Of a DNA stretch of 64,000 nt, positions 63,244 through 64,000 are shown piece after piece. The notes under the pieces are model-generated. The model saw only the letters and a program-made list of their open reading frames with translations, did not search any database and was not told where the DNA came from. The stretch comes from Xylographa opegraphella. Lineage: Eukaryota. Each line of letters starts with the position of its first letter. Positions within the stretch are counted from its first letter, which is position 1. A program made the translations under genes and the position numbers. The stretch lies in NCBI GenBank assembly GCA_022813865.1, contig JALDZX010000018.1, positions 124,001 through 188,000 on the forward strand. The letters are read 5' to 3'.

Positions 63244-63626
63244 GATGCTGGCAGTAGGAAAGGGTTGAAATCCCTATGCTGGCTGGTTTGTTCTTTGCTT
63301 GCAGTGGAACGAAGCTTGGGCTCATTGGGCAACCGGTGAATCACTAGCGCCAAAAACGGTTATCCTCATTCACCACAATCTCGTCGTGTGTGAAGGATAC
63401 ATGAAAATCGTGGAGCATCATCTTGTAGAACTAATATGTCTAAATTATTCTGCTACCAGCGCTCAACGAGCAGTGAATCATGTCCATCGAGTACACATCC
63501 TAACCTTGACACCCCAGGTTCAACCAGCCTACTGTATAACCATTGACCGCCGCGCCTAACCCTACAACAACACCGCATATAGTCATCATATCCCAGGGAG
63601 ATAGCTCGATAATTTCCCTTCGTACT

Positions 63627-64000
63627 TTACCTGTTGCCTCCTTTCATTGCTCTCGCGTGTCGACGCTTTTTACATTTCTCGTGACGAAGTTTTTTCTCTT
63701 GTTTCGCCGGCGGTCCACCACGTACTTTCCACCACATCCGCAGCGCCTTTTTCTGAGTTTCGCGGAGATGCTTTTCGCGGTAGTCTTGTACCTCATGGGC
63801 AAGCGCCATAACATTGAGACCCGTGGCTGCTTCAGCCAACATCTGAGCTTGTTGTGTGAACAGCGATGACATTCTTCGAGTGTAGTCATAGACATCTTTG
63901 CGTAGGTTTTTTTGTTGCTTTGCAAGTCGAGATGAGACCCTAACACCGTGCTGTTGGAGGTGTTGAGCCATAGTTCGGGAGAGCTCCTTCGATTGTGCAA
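63627..64000 (-). CDS. Possible C-terminal fragment of an unknown basic protein running in from beyond the window
   Basis: Frame is open from the window edge to 63627; no recognised motif. Confidence 0.3.
   Translation of the reverse strand, partial: AQSKELSRTMAQHLQQHGVRVSSRLAKQQKNLRKDVYDYTRRMSSLFTQQAQMLAEAATGLNVMALAHEVQDYREKHLRETQKKALRMWWKVRGGPPAKQEKKLRHEKCKKRRHARAMKGGNR

Noticed and set aside
1..64000. Transposase, reverse transcriptase, rRNA or tRNA genes
   Set aside because: None recognised by eye; tRNAscan/Infernal/RepeatMasker would be needed to exclude small elements.

Overview
Intron-containing DNA from a filamentous ascomycete (short GT..AG introns with CTAAC/CTGAC branch points; Pezizomycotina-type gene families). 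Bases ~1-31.5 kb hold a candidate isocyanide-synthase (ICS) biosynthetic gene cluster. Its core is a Dit1/PvcA-type ICS fused to a TauD-like Fe/2OG dioxygenase, a CYP56/Dit2-type P450, a DUF4149 protein and a bZIP factor divergent from the ICS, which parallels xanB/xanG/xanD/xanC of the xanthocillin cluster. Added genes are an FAD monooxygenase, an MDR-family reductase, a Zn2Cys6 factor, an ABCC transporter and three MFS transporters, one strongly resembling the yeast dityrosine exporter Dtr1. Bases ~32-47 kb hold five related F-box-like genes (two intact, two frameshifted, one multi-stop pseudogene) around an ENA-type Na+ ATPase. Bases ~47-64 kb are housekeeping genes: WDR44-like WD40, OHCU decarboxylase, an ADF-H/PH-like protein, Swd2 and RanBP1. 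All calls come from motif recognition by eye; no database searches were run and splice sites are manual predictions.
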